The notes beneath the pieces were generated by a model that did not search any database, was not told the origin of the DNA, and saw only the letters and a list, made by a program, of their open reading frames with translations. Positions 24,549-32,000 of a DNA stretch of 32,000 nucleotides are shown piece after piece. The DNA is taken from assembly GCF_001457615.1 (NCBI RefSeq), contig NZ_LN831024.1, positions 4,260,001 through 4,292,000 of the forward strand, in the 5' to 3' direction. Position numbers and translations under genes: made by a program. This DNA is from Pseudomonas aeruginosa. Lineage in GTDB: Bacteria; Pseudomonadota; Gammaproteobacteria; Pseudomonadales; Pseudomonadaceae. The number at the start of each line of letters is the position of its first letter. Position 1 is the stretch's first letter.

Positions 24549-26039
24549 ATGACTGATCTCCGCGATACCTCCCGCGACGAACGCCTGCTGGCGGCCCACG
24601 GCTATCGCCAGGAACTGGAGCGCGGGCTGAGCCTGTGGTCGTCCTTTTCCGTCGGCTTCGCTACCATCTCGCCGGTGGTGGGCATCTACTCGGTGATGTC
24701 CCTCGGCGCCATGAGCATGGGCCCCTCCTGGGTCTGGGTGGTGCCGCTGTGCCTGCTGCTGCAGTTCGGCGTGGCGCTGGTCTACGCCGAGCTGTCCTCG
24801 CAGTTTCCGCTGGCCGGCGGCTGCTACCAGTGGGTGCGGCGCCTGGTGGGCGACCGCCTGGCCTGGTTCACCGGCTTCCTCTACCTGGCTTCGGCGCTGG
24901 CCTCGCTGACTACCGTGGCCTACCTCGGTGGCTTCTGGCTCGGCCTGCTGGCGACCGGCGCGCCGCCGTCGGCCAACGGCCAGGTGCTCTGCGGCGCGCT
25001 GCTGCTGGCGCTGGGACTGGCGGTGAACCTGCTGGGGATCAACCCGTTGAAGTACTTCGTCAATGCCGGGATCGTCGCCGAGGCCATCGCCTCCATCGGT
25101 ATCGGCGTGCTGTTGCTGCTGTTCTTCCGCAACCATCCGCTCGATCTGCTGTTCAGCGGCCCGGGCGGCACAGGCGATGCGGACGGTTCCTACCTGGACG
25201 GCGTGCTGACCGCGCTGGCGGTGGGCGGCTGGGCTTTCCTCGGCTTCGACGCCTGCTCGCAGATTTCCGAGGAAACCACCGATGCCCGCGTCTCCACTCC
25301 CCGGGCGATCCTGCGCTCGATGCTGGTGGTGGGATTCACCGTGATGCTCACCGCCTTCGCCGTGACCCTGTCCTACCAGGACATCGGCGCGGTGGTCAGC
25401 GGCCAGGTGGTCGACCCGGTCACCCCGGCGGTGGTGGACGCCTTCGGCGCCTGGGCCGAGCGGCCCTTCGTCGCAGTGGTGCTGATCGCCTTCGTCGCCT
25501 GCGTGGTGTCGGTGCAGACCTACATCGGCCGGGCGATCTTCGGCATGGCGCGCGACGCCATCCTGCCCGGCTCCGCCCTGCTGCGCCGGGTCGACCGGCG
25601 CAAGGTGCCGATGGCGGCGATGGTCTGCAGCACGCTGCTGGCCAGCCTCGGCCTGGCCCTGGGGCTGAACGCCACGGCGGTCGGCACGCTGATCGCGTTC
25701 GGCAGCGGCGGTTTCTTCGTGGTCTTCCTGATCGTCGCCGCCTGCGCTCTCTGGGCCCGCCTCGTCGGCCGCTGGGACCCGGACAAGGGCGCCTTGCGCC
25801 TGGGGCGCGCGGGGCTGGCGGTGAACGTCCTGGCAGTCGCCTGGCTGTCTTTCGAGGCGCTCAACGTCGCCTGGCCGCGGGCCAGCCTCGCCCCGCCCGA
25901 CGCGCCCTGGTTCCAGGTCTGGGCGGTGGTCGTGGTGTTCTCCGCGCTGGCCGCGTTCGGCCTGCTCTACATGGTCATCGCCAAGCCGCATCGGCGCATC
26001 GCCACCAGCCTCAGCTTCGCCGCTCCGCCGGCGGACTGA
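24549..26039 (+). CDS. APC-superfamily amino acid/polyamine permease (496 aa)
   Basis: ATG at 24549 with a GGAG RBS. About 12 hydrophobic segments. APC-like N-terminal region (RGLSLWSSFSVGFATISPVVGIY). Confidence 0.85.
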   Translation: MTDLRDTSRDERLLAAHGYRQELERGLSLWSSFSVGFATISPVVGIYSVMSLGAMSMGPSWVWVVPLCLLLQFGVALVYAELSSQFPLAGGCYQWVRRLVGDRLAWFTGFLYLASALASLTTVAYLGGFWLGLLATGAPPSANGQVLCGALLLALGLAVNLLGINPLKYFVNAGIVAEAIASIGIGVLLLLFFRNHPLDLLFSGPGGTGDADGSYLDGVLTALAVGGWAFLGFDACSQISEETTDARVSTPRAILRSMLVVGFTVMLTAFAVTLSYQDIGAVVSGQVVDPVTPAVVDAFGAWAERPFVAVVLIAFVACVVSVQTYIGRAIFGMARDAILPGSALLRRVDRRKVPMAAMVCSTLLASLGLALGLNATAVGTLIAFGSGGFFVVFLIVAACALWARLVGRWDPDKGALRLGRAGLAVNVLAVAWLSFEALNVAWPRASLAPPDAPWFQVWAVVVVFSALAAFGLLYMVIAKPHRRIATSLSFAAPPAD

Positions 26040-26140
26040 CCCGCACGCGCCGGCCGTTCCGGCGCCTCCTCCGGTTGTTCCCGCACGCTGGCTTCGCGCC
26101 CGGCGGGGCCCGGCTCATCCTGCTTTCACGGAGCATCGCC

Positions 26141-27322
26141 ATGAGCGACCTGCATTACTGGAACTACCCCACCGATATCCTCTGCGGCGTCGGCGCCCTG
26201 GAACAACTGCCGAGGCGTTGCGCGCTGGCGGGCGCACGCCGGCCCCTGCTGGTCACCGATCCCGGCATGCTCGCCCTGGAGCCCCTGCGCCTGGTGCGCG
26301 AGTGCCTGGAACGCGCCGGCATCGACCATGACCTGTTCCACGAACTGTCGAGCAACCCCAGCCTCGCTGAAGTCCACGGCGGCGCCAGGCGCTTCGAGGC
26401 TGGCGGGCATGACGCGCTGATCGCTCTCGGCGGCGGCAGCGCCCTCGACGCGGCCAAGGGAATCGCCCTGCTAAGCCGCGATCCGCACGGCCTCGAACGC
26501 TTCGAATGGACACAGACGCTGCGCAGCTATCCGACCCTCGCCGACTACCCGCTGCTCGGCCTGCCGCCGCTGCTGGCGCTTCCCACGACCGCCGGCACCG
26601 GCTCGGAACTGGGACGCGAGGCGGTGCTGACCGACACGCAACTGGGCATCAAGCGGGTCGTCGGCCACCGCGAGCTGCTGGCCGCCTGCGTATTCCTCGA
26701 CCCGCGCCTGACCCGCGGGTTGCCGCCGGCGCTGAGCGCCGCCACCGGCATGGACGCCCTCACCCATCACCTGGAGGCGCTGTTCTCGCCGCTCTACCAT
26801 CCGATGTCGGCGGGCATCGCCCTGGAAGGCGTGCGCCTGGTCAGGCAGCACCTGGAAAACGCCGTGCGCGACGGCAACGACCTCGCCGCCCGGGAAGGCA
26901 TGCTGGTAGCCTCGGCCAGCGCCGCAGTGGCATTCCAGAAGGGGCTTGGCGGGGTCCACGCCCTGGCCCACCCGCTGGGCGCTCGCCATCACCTGCACCA
27001 CGGCCTGCTGAACGCCGTGCTGCTGCCCTACGTTCTGCTGGCCAACCGCCCGGCGGTAGAAGCCGACGCCGCGCGCCTGGCGCGCTACCTGGAACTCGAC
27101 GAAGCGAGCTTCGACGGCCTGCTGGCGTGGATCCTCGAACTGCGCGCGCGCATCGGCATCCCGGCGAACCTCGCCGCCCTCGGCCTGGATGGCGAGGACG
27201 CGCAATGGGTGGGCGAGCAGGCGCTGGCCGACCTGTCGTCCTCGGCGACCAACGCCCTGCCGCTCGATGCCCGGGATTATGCGCGCATCTACCGCCAGGC
27301 GGTGGCCGGGACTCTCGCCTGA
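26141..27322 (+). CDS. Iron-containing (group III) alcohol dehydrogenase family protein (393 aa)
   Basis: GGGSALDAAK nucleotide-binding motif, the PTTAGTGSE loop and the metal-ligand histidine cluster HALAHPLGARHHLHHG. The start at MSDLHYWNYP lies in the frame of track ORF 24635..27322. Confidence 0.88.
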   Translation: MSDLHYWNYPTDILCGVGALEQLPRRCALAGARRPLLVTDPGMLALEPLRLVRECLERAGIDHDLFHELSSNPSLAEVHGGARRFEAGGHDALIALGGGSALDAAKGIALLSRDPHGLERFEWTQTLRSYPTLADYPLLGLPPLLALPTTAGTGSELGREAVLTDTQLGIKRVVGHRELLAACVFLDPRLTRGLPPALSAATGMDALTHHLEALFSPLYHPMSAGIALEGVRLVRQHLENAVRDGNDLAAREGMLVASASAAVAFQKGLGGVHALAHPLGARHHLHHGLLNAVLLPYVLLANRPAVEADAARLARYLELDEASFDGLLAWILELRARIGIPANLAALGLDGEDAQWVGEQALADLSSSATNALPLDARDYARIYRQAVAGTLA

Positions 27323-27326
27323 GTGC

Positions 27327-28229
27327 TCAGGACCCCAGGCCGTGGACCTGCAGCAGGTCGTCGATGAAGGCGCGGGCGGCTTCGCTGAGAGGGCGCCCGG
27401 CATAGACGATCATGCTGTGCTCCACCGGATAGCTCAGCCGCTCCGGCAACAGCGCGCGCATCCGCCCGCGCTCGATCCAGGCTTCGGCGTAATGGGTCGG
27501 CAGGTAGCCCAGGTGGGTGCCGGCCAGCACGGCATGGGCGACCGCCTCCATGTGGTAGGCGGTGGCGCGGCTGCGCGACGGGCGTAGCGGCAGGACCAGG
27601 TTTTCCGGCAGGAAGCCATGCATCACCCAGTCACAGGCGGCGATCCGCTCCAGGGTCGGCTGCGCCTCGGCGAACAGCGGATGGCGATCGCCACAGAACA
27701 CGCCGATCTCTTCGCGATACAGCGGGCGGTATTCGAGGCTCGGCCGCGAACGGCTGAAATAGGAGATCGCCAGGTCCAGCTCGCCTTCGATCACCGCCAG
27801 TTCCAGCTCGGTGGGCGAATTGACGAAAAGGTTCAGCTGGACATCCTGGTCGCGCCGCTGGAAGCGCGCCAGCGCATCGCCGAAACGGGCCTGGGGCAAG
27901 GTCGCGAGATTGTCCGCCAGGCCCAGGTACAGCTCCCCGACCAAACGTCCGGACAACGCCTGCGCCTGGTCGCGAAACAGGCCGATGGCGTCGAACATCG
28001 TTCGCGAAGCCTCCAGCACCCGGCGACCCTTGGCGGTCAGTCGGAAGCCGCCCTTGCCGCGCTCGCAGAGCCGGTAGCCGAGGCGCTTCTCCAGGCTGGC
28101 GATGTGCATGCTGATGTTCGACTGGCTCATGTTCAGCTCGGCCTGGGCCGCGGTGAAACCGCCGCACTTCACCACGCAGGCGAAGATGCGCAACAGACGC
28201 AGGTCTAGGTCGGTGACGTTTCTCAGCAT
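27327..28229 (-). CDS. LysR-family transcriptional regulator (300 aa)
   Basis: The start at MLRNVTDLDLRLLRIFACVVKCGGFTAAQAELNMSQSNISMHIASLEKRLG is an N-terminal wHTH. Convergent with the ADH gene; the two stops are 4 nt apart. Confidence 0.88.
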   Translation of the reverse strand: MLRNVTDLDLRLLRIFACVVKCGGFTAAQAELNMSQSNISMHIASLEKRLGYRLCERGKGGFRLTAKGRRVLEASRTMFDAIGLFRDQAQALSGRLVGELYLGLADNLATLPQARFGDALARFQRRDQDVQLNLFVNSPTELELAVIEGELDLAISYFSRSRPSLEYRPLYREEIGVFCGDRHPLFAEAQPTLERIAACDWVMHGFLPENLVLPLRPSRSRATAYHMEAVAHAVLAGTHLGYLPTHYAEAWIERGRMRALLPERLSYPVEHSMIVYAGRPLSEAARAFIDDLLQVHGLGS

Positions 28230-28458
28230 GGCGGTCCGATCCGGCGCGAGGTCCCGCAGTCTAGCCGAGCGCCGCGACACGCGGCCATCCAGCGGCGGCG
28301 CACGGCGCACCAGAGGCGCTGGCGTATCATCGAAAATCTGGTCTATTCCAATTTCTTGAAAATACGTAGAAAAGTCCCGCCCAAAGGTGCCGCCAGGACA
28401 AGAAAATGCACCAATCCCAGGCAATCCCTCGAAAAAATCGAATCGTTTCGCCCTACTT

Positions 28459-28472
28459 TTGGTCTAGACCAT
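28459..28472. promoter_or_regulatory. Perfect palindromic GGTCTAGACC box (HutC/GntR-type operator candidate), site 1
   Basis: ttGGTCTAGACCat. The 10-bp core is identical to the core of the recalled DasR/NagR dre consensus (TGGTCTAGACCA). Confidence 0.5.
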
Positions 28473-28638
28473 AAAAATACCCAGTGCTAGATTGACCTTC
28501 GCCAGCCGGCCCAGCCTGACCGGATCGGCGCCACGCACCGCCACCAAGCCTTCACAATCCATCTCAGCCTCGGCAGGACCGAGCAGGAGCGCTTCGACAG
28601 CCAACCTTGCGCACGAAAAAAGTCATGGGAAAGGCATC

Positions 28639-28652
28639 TGGCCTAGACCATG
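28639..28652. promoter_or_regulatory. GGCCTAGACC box, site 2
   Basis: tGGCCTAGACCAtg matches the site 1 core at 9 of 10 positions and shares the flank CTAGACCAT. Confidence 0.4.
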
Positions 28653-28698
28653 CATCCGGACAGCTTTGCAGCAGCACAACAAGAACAACCTCCCCGCA

Positions 28699-28712
28699 CT
28701 GTCTAGACCCAT
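28699..28712. promoter_or_regulatory. TGTCTAGACC box, site 3
   Basis: cTGTCTAGACCCat lies 12 nt upstream of the MFS ATG (28723). A half-site-like TGGTCTAttcCA also occurs at 28339-28350. Confidence 0.4.
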
Positions 28713-28722
28713 AGGGACCCAC

Positions 28723-30056
28723 ATGAACAACCACAACGGTACCCTGCACCGTGGCTGGCAATCGCTCCAGCGCTGGCGCATCCAGATCTTCGTCATCACC
28801 TGGCTGGCCTACGCCGCCTTCTACTTCACCCGCAAGGCCTTCTCGGTGGCCAAGCTCGGCATCGCCGAAGACCCCTCCTTCGAGCTCGACAAGAGCGCCA
28901 TGGCCGATCTCGATGCCCTCTACCTGGCCGCCTACGCCGTGGGCCAGTTCATGTGGGGGGTGTTCGCCGACCGCTTCGGCACCCGCGTGGTGGTGCTCGG
29001 CGGTTTGCTCACCTCGGCGCTGGCGGCGCTGGTGATGGGTACCTTCGCCACCCTGCCGATCTTCGCCGCCTGCATGGTGGTCCAGGGCCTGGCGCAGTCC
29101 ACCGGCTGGTCGGGGCTGTGCAAGAACATCGGCGCCTTCTTCGCCACCTACGAGCGAGGCCGCGTGCTCGGCCTGTGGAGTACCTGCTACGCCTTCGGCG
29201 GGCTGGTGGCGACGCCGTTCGCCGGCTGGTGCGCCTACCGGTTGACGCATGACTGGCGCATGGCCTTCCTGTCCTCGGCGGGAGTGGTGCTGGCGGTGGC
29301 CGTGCTGTTCTTCTTCCTCCAGCGCAACCGTCCGCAGGACGTCGGCCTGCCGCCCGTGGAGGCCGAGGCCGCGCCCCCGCCAACGCGCCCCGGCCGAACC
29401 ATTCCGGCGCCCTGCTGAAGGCGCTCAGGAATCCCCACGTGCTGGTCCTCGGCATCGCCTACTTCCTGCTCAAGCCGGCGCGCTACGCGATCCTGCTCTG
29501 GGGCCCGGTGATCATCTACGAACGCATGCCGGAGATCGGCAAGGTCGCCTCGGCCATCGTGCCTTCGGCCTTCGAGGTCGCCGGGCTGGCCGGGCCGATC
29601 CTCATCGGCCTGGCCTCGGACAAGCTGTTCGGCGCCCGCCGCATGCCGGCCTGCGTGCTCAGCCTGGCGGCGCTGACCGTGAGCCTGGCGCTGTTCGTCC
29701 CGGCGATGCAGAGCGGCAGCCTGTACCTGGTGGTCAGCCTGCTGTTCATGATGGGCGTCACCCTCTACGGGCCGGACTCGATGATCAGCGGCGCCGCCGC
29801 CATCGACTTCGGTACCAGCGAAGCAGCCGGTACCGCCACCGGCTTCGTCAACGGCTGCGGCTCGGTCGGGGCGATCCTCGGCGGCCTGCTGCCGGGCTAC
29901 TTCGACACCCTCACGGTGTTCTTCGTGTTCACCGCCACCGCGCTGCTCGCCAGCCTGCTGCTGGTGCCGTTCTGGAACAGCCGGCCAGGCGCGTGCCGCG
30001 TCGAACCGAAGGCGCATGCCGGCGGGCCGCTGCTGGCGGCCGGCAAGCCGCGTTGA
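28723..30056 (+). pseudogene. GlpT/UhpC-like MFS organophosphate:phosphate antiporter family gene, split by an apparent -1 frameshift
   Basis: The N-terminal half (frame 1, 28723..29418) reads MNNHNG...WRIQIFVITWLAYAAFYFTRKAF...DRFGTR...RNRPQDVGLPPVE. The C-terminal half continues in frame 3 (..SGALLKALRNPHVLVLGIAYFLLKPARYAILLWGP.. to 30056). One extra base in the C5/C4 tracts around 29373-29395 would restore a single ~444-codon ORF. Confidence 0.7.
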
Positions 30057-30123
30057 AACCTCGCCGAACCACCGCCCGGCGCCAGGCGTGCCGGGCCAAT
30101 CCCTAGCGAACAAGGAACCGCCT

Positions 30124-30777
30124 ATGCCACTTGCCCTCTTCGACCTCGACGACACCCTGATCGACGGCGACTGCGCGACCCTCTGGGGGCGCTACATGAC
30201 CGAACTGGGCTGGGTCGAGAAGACCGCCTTCCTGCACCAGGAACGCCACCTCATGGAACTCTATGCCGAGGGCCGGCTGGCCATGGAGGACTACATGGAC
30301 TTCAGCCTGGCGCCCATCGCCGGCCGCACCCCGGCGGAGATCGCCGGCGCCGTCGAGGATTTCGTCGCGCGGATCATAGCGCCGCGCATCCACGCCGACG
30401 CCCTGCGCTGCCTGGAACGCCACCGCCAGGCCGGCGACCGCCTGCTGATCATCTCCGCCTCGGCGCACTTCCTGGTCAGCGCCATCGGCCGCCGGCTGGG
30501 GGTGGACGAGGTGCTGGCGATCGACATCGAGGAGCGCGACGGCCTCTACACCGGGCGCACCCGCGGCACCCTCACCTACCGCGAGGGCAAGGTCCGTCGC
30601 CTCGACGCCTGGCTGGCCCAGGAGGGCGAGACGCTGGCCGGCGCGACCTTCTATTCCGACTCGCGCAACGACCTGCCGCTGCTCTCGCGGGTCGACCGGC
30701 CGCACACGGTGAACCCCGACCCGGCGCTGCTCGGGCACGCCCGCGAGGCCGGCTGGCCGGTGCTGCAATGGCGCTGA
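30124..30777 (+). CDS. HAD-IB family hydrolase (SerB/phosphoserine phosphatase-like, 217 aa)
   Basis: ATG at 30124 with an AAGGAA RBS. Motif I is FDLDDTL, motif II is IISAS and motif III/IV is YSDSRNDLPLL. Confidence 0.85.
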   Translation: MPLALFDLDDTLIDGDCATLWGRYMTELGWVEKTAFLHQERHLMELYAEGRLAMEDYMDFSLAPIAGRTPAEIAGAVEDFVARIIAPRIHADALRCLERHRQAGDRLLIISASAHFLVSAIGRRLGVDEVLAIDIEERDGLYTGRTRGTLTYREGKVRRLDAWLAQEGETLAGATFYSDSRNDLPLLSRVDRPHTVNPDPALLGHAREAGWPVLQWR

Positions 30778-30858
30778 GAAGGCGCGCCGCGCTATACCGC
30801 CGGCGGCCCGGAAGCATTACCCTGTAGCCCCCCGGAGCCCCAGCGGAGAAGCGTCGAT

Positions 30859-31575
30859 ATGCGCGACGAGCCGTCCCGACCCCTGACGGTGATCTACCAG
30901 TCCCTGCGCGAGCAGATCGAGCGCGGCCTGCTCGCGCGCGGCAGCAAGCTGCCCAGCGAACGGCAGTTGAGCGAGCTGTTCTCGACCACCCGCATCACCC
31001 TGCGCGAGGCGCTCGGCCAGTTGGAGGACCAGGGCCTGATCTACCGCGAGGAACGCCGCGGCTGGTTCGTCTCGCCGCAGCGGCTGCTGTACAACCCGCT
31101 GGTGCGCAGCCACTTCCACGCGATGGTCGCCGACCAGGGCCGGGTGCCGGAGACCGAGGTGCTCGGCGCGGCGATGATCCCGGCCAGCGTCGACATCTGC
31201 CAGCGCCTGGAGCTGCCGGCGCTGTCGCGGGTGTTCCAGATCCGCCGGGCGCGGCGGGTCGACGGGCGGCTGGTGCTGTACGTCGAGCACTACCTGAATC
31301 CCGCCTACTTTCCCGGCATCGAGCGCTTCGACCTGACTCGCTCGCTGACCGATCTCTACGCCAACCACTACGGCATCCGCTACGGCCGGGTGCGCTTCGA
31401 GATGGTCCCGACCATCCTCCCGGCGGAAGCCGCCGGGCCGCTGCGGGTTTCGGTGGGCAGCCCGGCGCTGCAGATCGTGCGGGTCAACCGCGACCAGGCG
31501 GGCCGCCTGATCGACTGCGACCTGGAGTACTGGCGCCACGACGCGCTACAGGTCAACGTCGAGGTGCCCGAGTAG
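30859..31575 (+). CDS. GntR-family regulator, HutC/PhnF subfamily (wHTH plus UTRA-like effector domain, 238 aa)
   Basis: IYQSLREQIERGLLARGSKLPSERQLSELFSTTRITLREALGQLEDQGLI is a GntR wHTH. The ~150-aa C-terminal domain has UTRA-like length and pattern. GGAGA RBS. Confidence 0.85.
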   Translation: MRDEPSRPLTVIYQSLREQIERGLLARGSKLPSERQLSELFSTTRITLREALGQLEDQGLIYREERRGWFVSPQRLLYNPLVRSHFHAMVADQGRVPETEVLGAAMIPASVDICQRLELPALSRVFQIRRARRVDGRLVLYVEHYLNPAYFPGIERFDLTRSLTDLYANHYGIRYGRVRFEMVPTILPAEAAGPLRVSVGSPALQIVRVNRDQAGRLIDCDLEYWRHDALQVNVEVPE

Positions 31576-31740
31576 CGCTCCGCGGTCCTGTTCCTGGCGC
31601 ATGCATGACCGCCTGGCGGGTTTCCCGCCGCTTCCAGCGCATTGGTCGACCGCTGGGCACGCTGCGTCGACGCTGAGCGGTTGCCGCTGACGGCACGGCC
31701 TGCTAAAAGCGGCGACGACATTCGAAAATGCGATACGACC

Positions 31741-32000
31741 ATGAGCGACAGTGAAAAATCGAATAGCCGCCTGTTCGACCTCGACCTGCTCCGCGCCATC
31801 GTCACGGTGGCCGACTGCGGCAGCTTCACCACTGCCGCCGCGCGCCTGCACTCGACCCAGTCGACCGTCAGCCAGAAGGTTCGCCGCTTGGAGGAAATGG
31901 CCGGACACCGCCTGCTGGAGCGCGGCAACCGCGACGTGTTGCCGACCGACGCCGGCGATACGCTGCTCGGCTATGCCCGCCGCCTGCTGGCACTGAACGA
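31741..32000 (+). CDS. LysR-family transcriptional regulator, 3' end outside the window
   Basis: ATG at 31741. MSDSEKSNSRLFDLDLLRAIVTVADCGSFTTAAARLHSTQSTVSQKVRRLEEMAGHRLLERGNRDVLPTDAGDTLL is a LysR wHTH. It is absent from the ORF track because it runs off the window; the listed 31751..31996 ORF is the wrong frame. Confidence 0.85.
   Translation, partial: MSDSEKSNSRLFDLDLLRAIVTVADCGSFTTAAARLHSTQSTVSQKVRRLEEMAGHRLLERGNRDVLPTDAGDTLLGYARRLLALN

Noticed and set aside
1-32000. CRISPR arrays or other regularly spaced repeats
   Set aside because: No series of 25-40 bp direct repeats with uniform spacers on either strand. The only repeated short elements are the P-box ATTG units, the CTTGCAAACAC pair and the CTAGACC boxes reported above.

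Overview
This window is a GC-rich Pseudomonas aeruginosa chromosomal segment. As far as I recall, the gene order matches the PAO1 PA1163-to-PA1141 interval. Core genes on the left are ndvB (5' partial), dapE, rlmA, a small hypothetical, a cold-shock protein, an OmpR-type two-component pair and nrdAB. Core genes on the right are a small secreted protein, an ATP-grasp protein, exotoxin A (toxA), an APC permease, an Fe-alcohol dehydrogenase, a LysR regulator, a GlpT-like MFS transporter (split by a frameshift), a HAD hydrolase, a GntR/HutC regulator and a second LysR gene (3' partial). Between the nrdB terminator (~13140) and ~20560 lies a mosaic accessory region of visibly different base composition. 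It contains five parts: (i) an AT-rich single-gene insertion encoding a 572-aa AIPR-family protein with an N-terminal PD-(D/E)xK-like nuclease motif, the best candidate here for a poorly characterised stand-alone anti-phage system; (ii) a GC-rich, hairpin-dense non-coding block; (iii) a frameshifted Bro-N (antirepressor-like) gene; (iv) two displaced bacteriocin cassettes, namely a broken colicin-E3-like rRNase domain with a damaged downstream immunity-like ORF, and a broken colicin-D-like tRNase domain with an intact ImmD-like orphan immunity gene that has its own terminator; (v) an intact S1-type HNH-DNase pyocin with its immunity gene and a PrtN P-box promoter. No tRNA, rRNA, integrase, transposase or CRISPR array was seen. 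All homology statements rest on motif recognition and recalled reference sequences, not on searches, and need confirming by alignment.
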